A stretch of 63,648 bases of DNA, filler included, from Hyphochytrium catenoides (Eukaryota; Protista; Hyphochytriomycota), in the NCBI GenBank assembly GCA_900088475.1. It is 7 parts of 7 records of this genome, joined end to end, with 100 filler letters (N's around TTAATTAATTAA, not from the genome) between each part and the next. Parts side by side here need not be neighbours in the genome. Positions count along the whole stretch, not along the records: positions 60,076 to 63,648 come from FLMG01003523.1; 6 more parts are not named here. One strand, 5' to 3'. The translations under genes and the position numbers were made by a program. The notes beneath the pieces were generated by a model. It was not told where the DNA came from, made no database searches, and was given only the letters and a program-made list of their open reading frames with translations. Within the stretch, counting starts at the first letter, position 1; every line of letters starts with the position of its first letter. Shown one piece after another: positions 63,241-63,648 of this stretch.

Positions 63241-63648
63241 TCATTTTCTTCTGCTTCTTCTTCTCCCCGTAGTAATCATTCTTTGTATTATAAAAAAAAG
63301 AGAATGTAGGCCATAGTACAGTTTGTAATGAGAAGCCGCTTTCCATTAATGAATGATTGGAAGAGAAGAAGAAGAAGAAGATAAAAAAAGAGCTACAAAA
63401 AAGTGTTCGTCTTCCCTTTACCTCTCACCACTCTTCATCACCCTCAGAGGAGGGACATTTTATTTTTCTTCTTTTTTTCCTCCAAAGAGAGGAGTGATGC
63501 AGCTGAACTTTCTTAAATAAGCAAATCCAGAGTAAGGGCCAATAAAAAATCAACAGACAAATAACAAAATGATGAGAAAATAGGAGAGGAAGAGAAAAAG
63601 CTAGTTCTCCTCCTGCTGTCGTTCCGGCGGAGGAGTCCCACGGATTTT

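Noticed and set aside
1-63648. Alternative genetic code or stop-codon readthrough
   Set aside because: Conserved genes translate cleanly with the standard code once introns are removed, and TAA, TAG and TGA all serve as terminal stops.

Overview
Eukaryotic, intron-rich genomic DNA with GT-AG introns whose sense strand is packed with (CT)n tracts. It is not one locus: six artificial 100-nt spacers (N44-TTAATTAATTAA-N44) join seven contigs (1-27561, 27662-30450, 30551-37695, 37796-55068, 55169-56726, 56827-59975, 60076-63648). Gene content (RABL2, a PDI without KDEL) suggests a flagellated non-Dikarya protist, possibly a stramenopile or pseudofungus; this is inference only. By manual splicing I support about 16 genes: DHHC palmitoyltransferase, RABL2, YIPF1/2-like, a six-bromodomain protein head-to-head with an AT-hook/PWWP/TFIIS protein, a methyltransferase-like protein, PDCD5, an RS+FF protein, a PH protein, REV1, a small Zn-ribbon-like protein, MOCS3/UBA4, a repeat-rich secreted protein, a PDI, a 4-TM protein and hypotheticals. 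Best leads: (1) a decayed intronless element at about 34.3-35.7 kb with ordered RecQ-like helicase motifs, preceded by a region resembling fungal telomere-linked helicase or tyrosine-recombinase N-termini and bordered by a cross-contig repeat family; (2) an intronless secreted protein with a fungal-type C-terminal domain (HGT or contamination candidate); (3) the paired chromatin-reader locus. No rRNA, tRNA or CRISPR array was found. All family assignments come from remembered motifs, not from searches.
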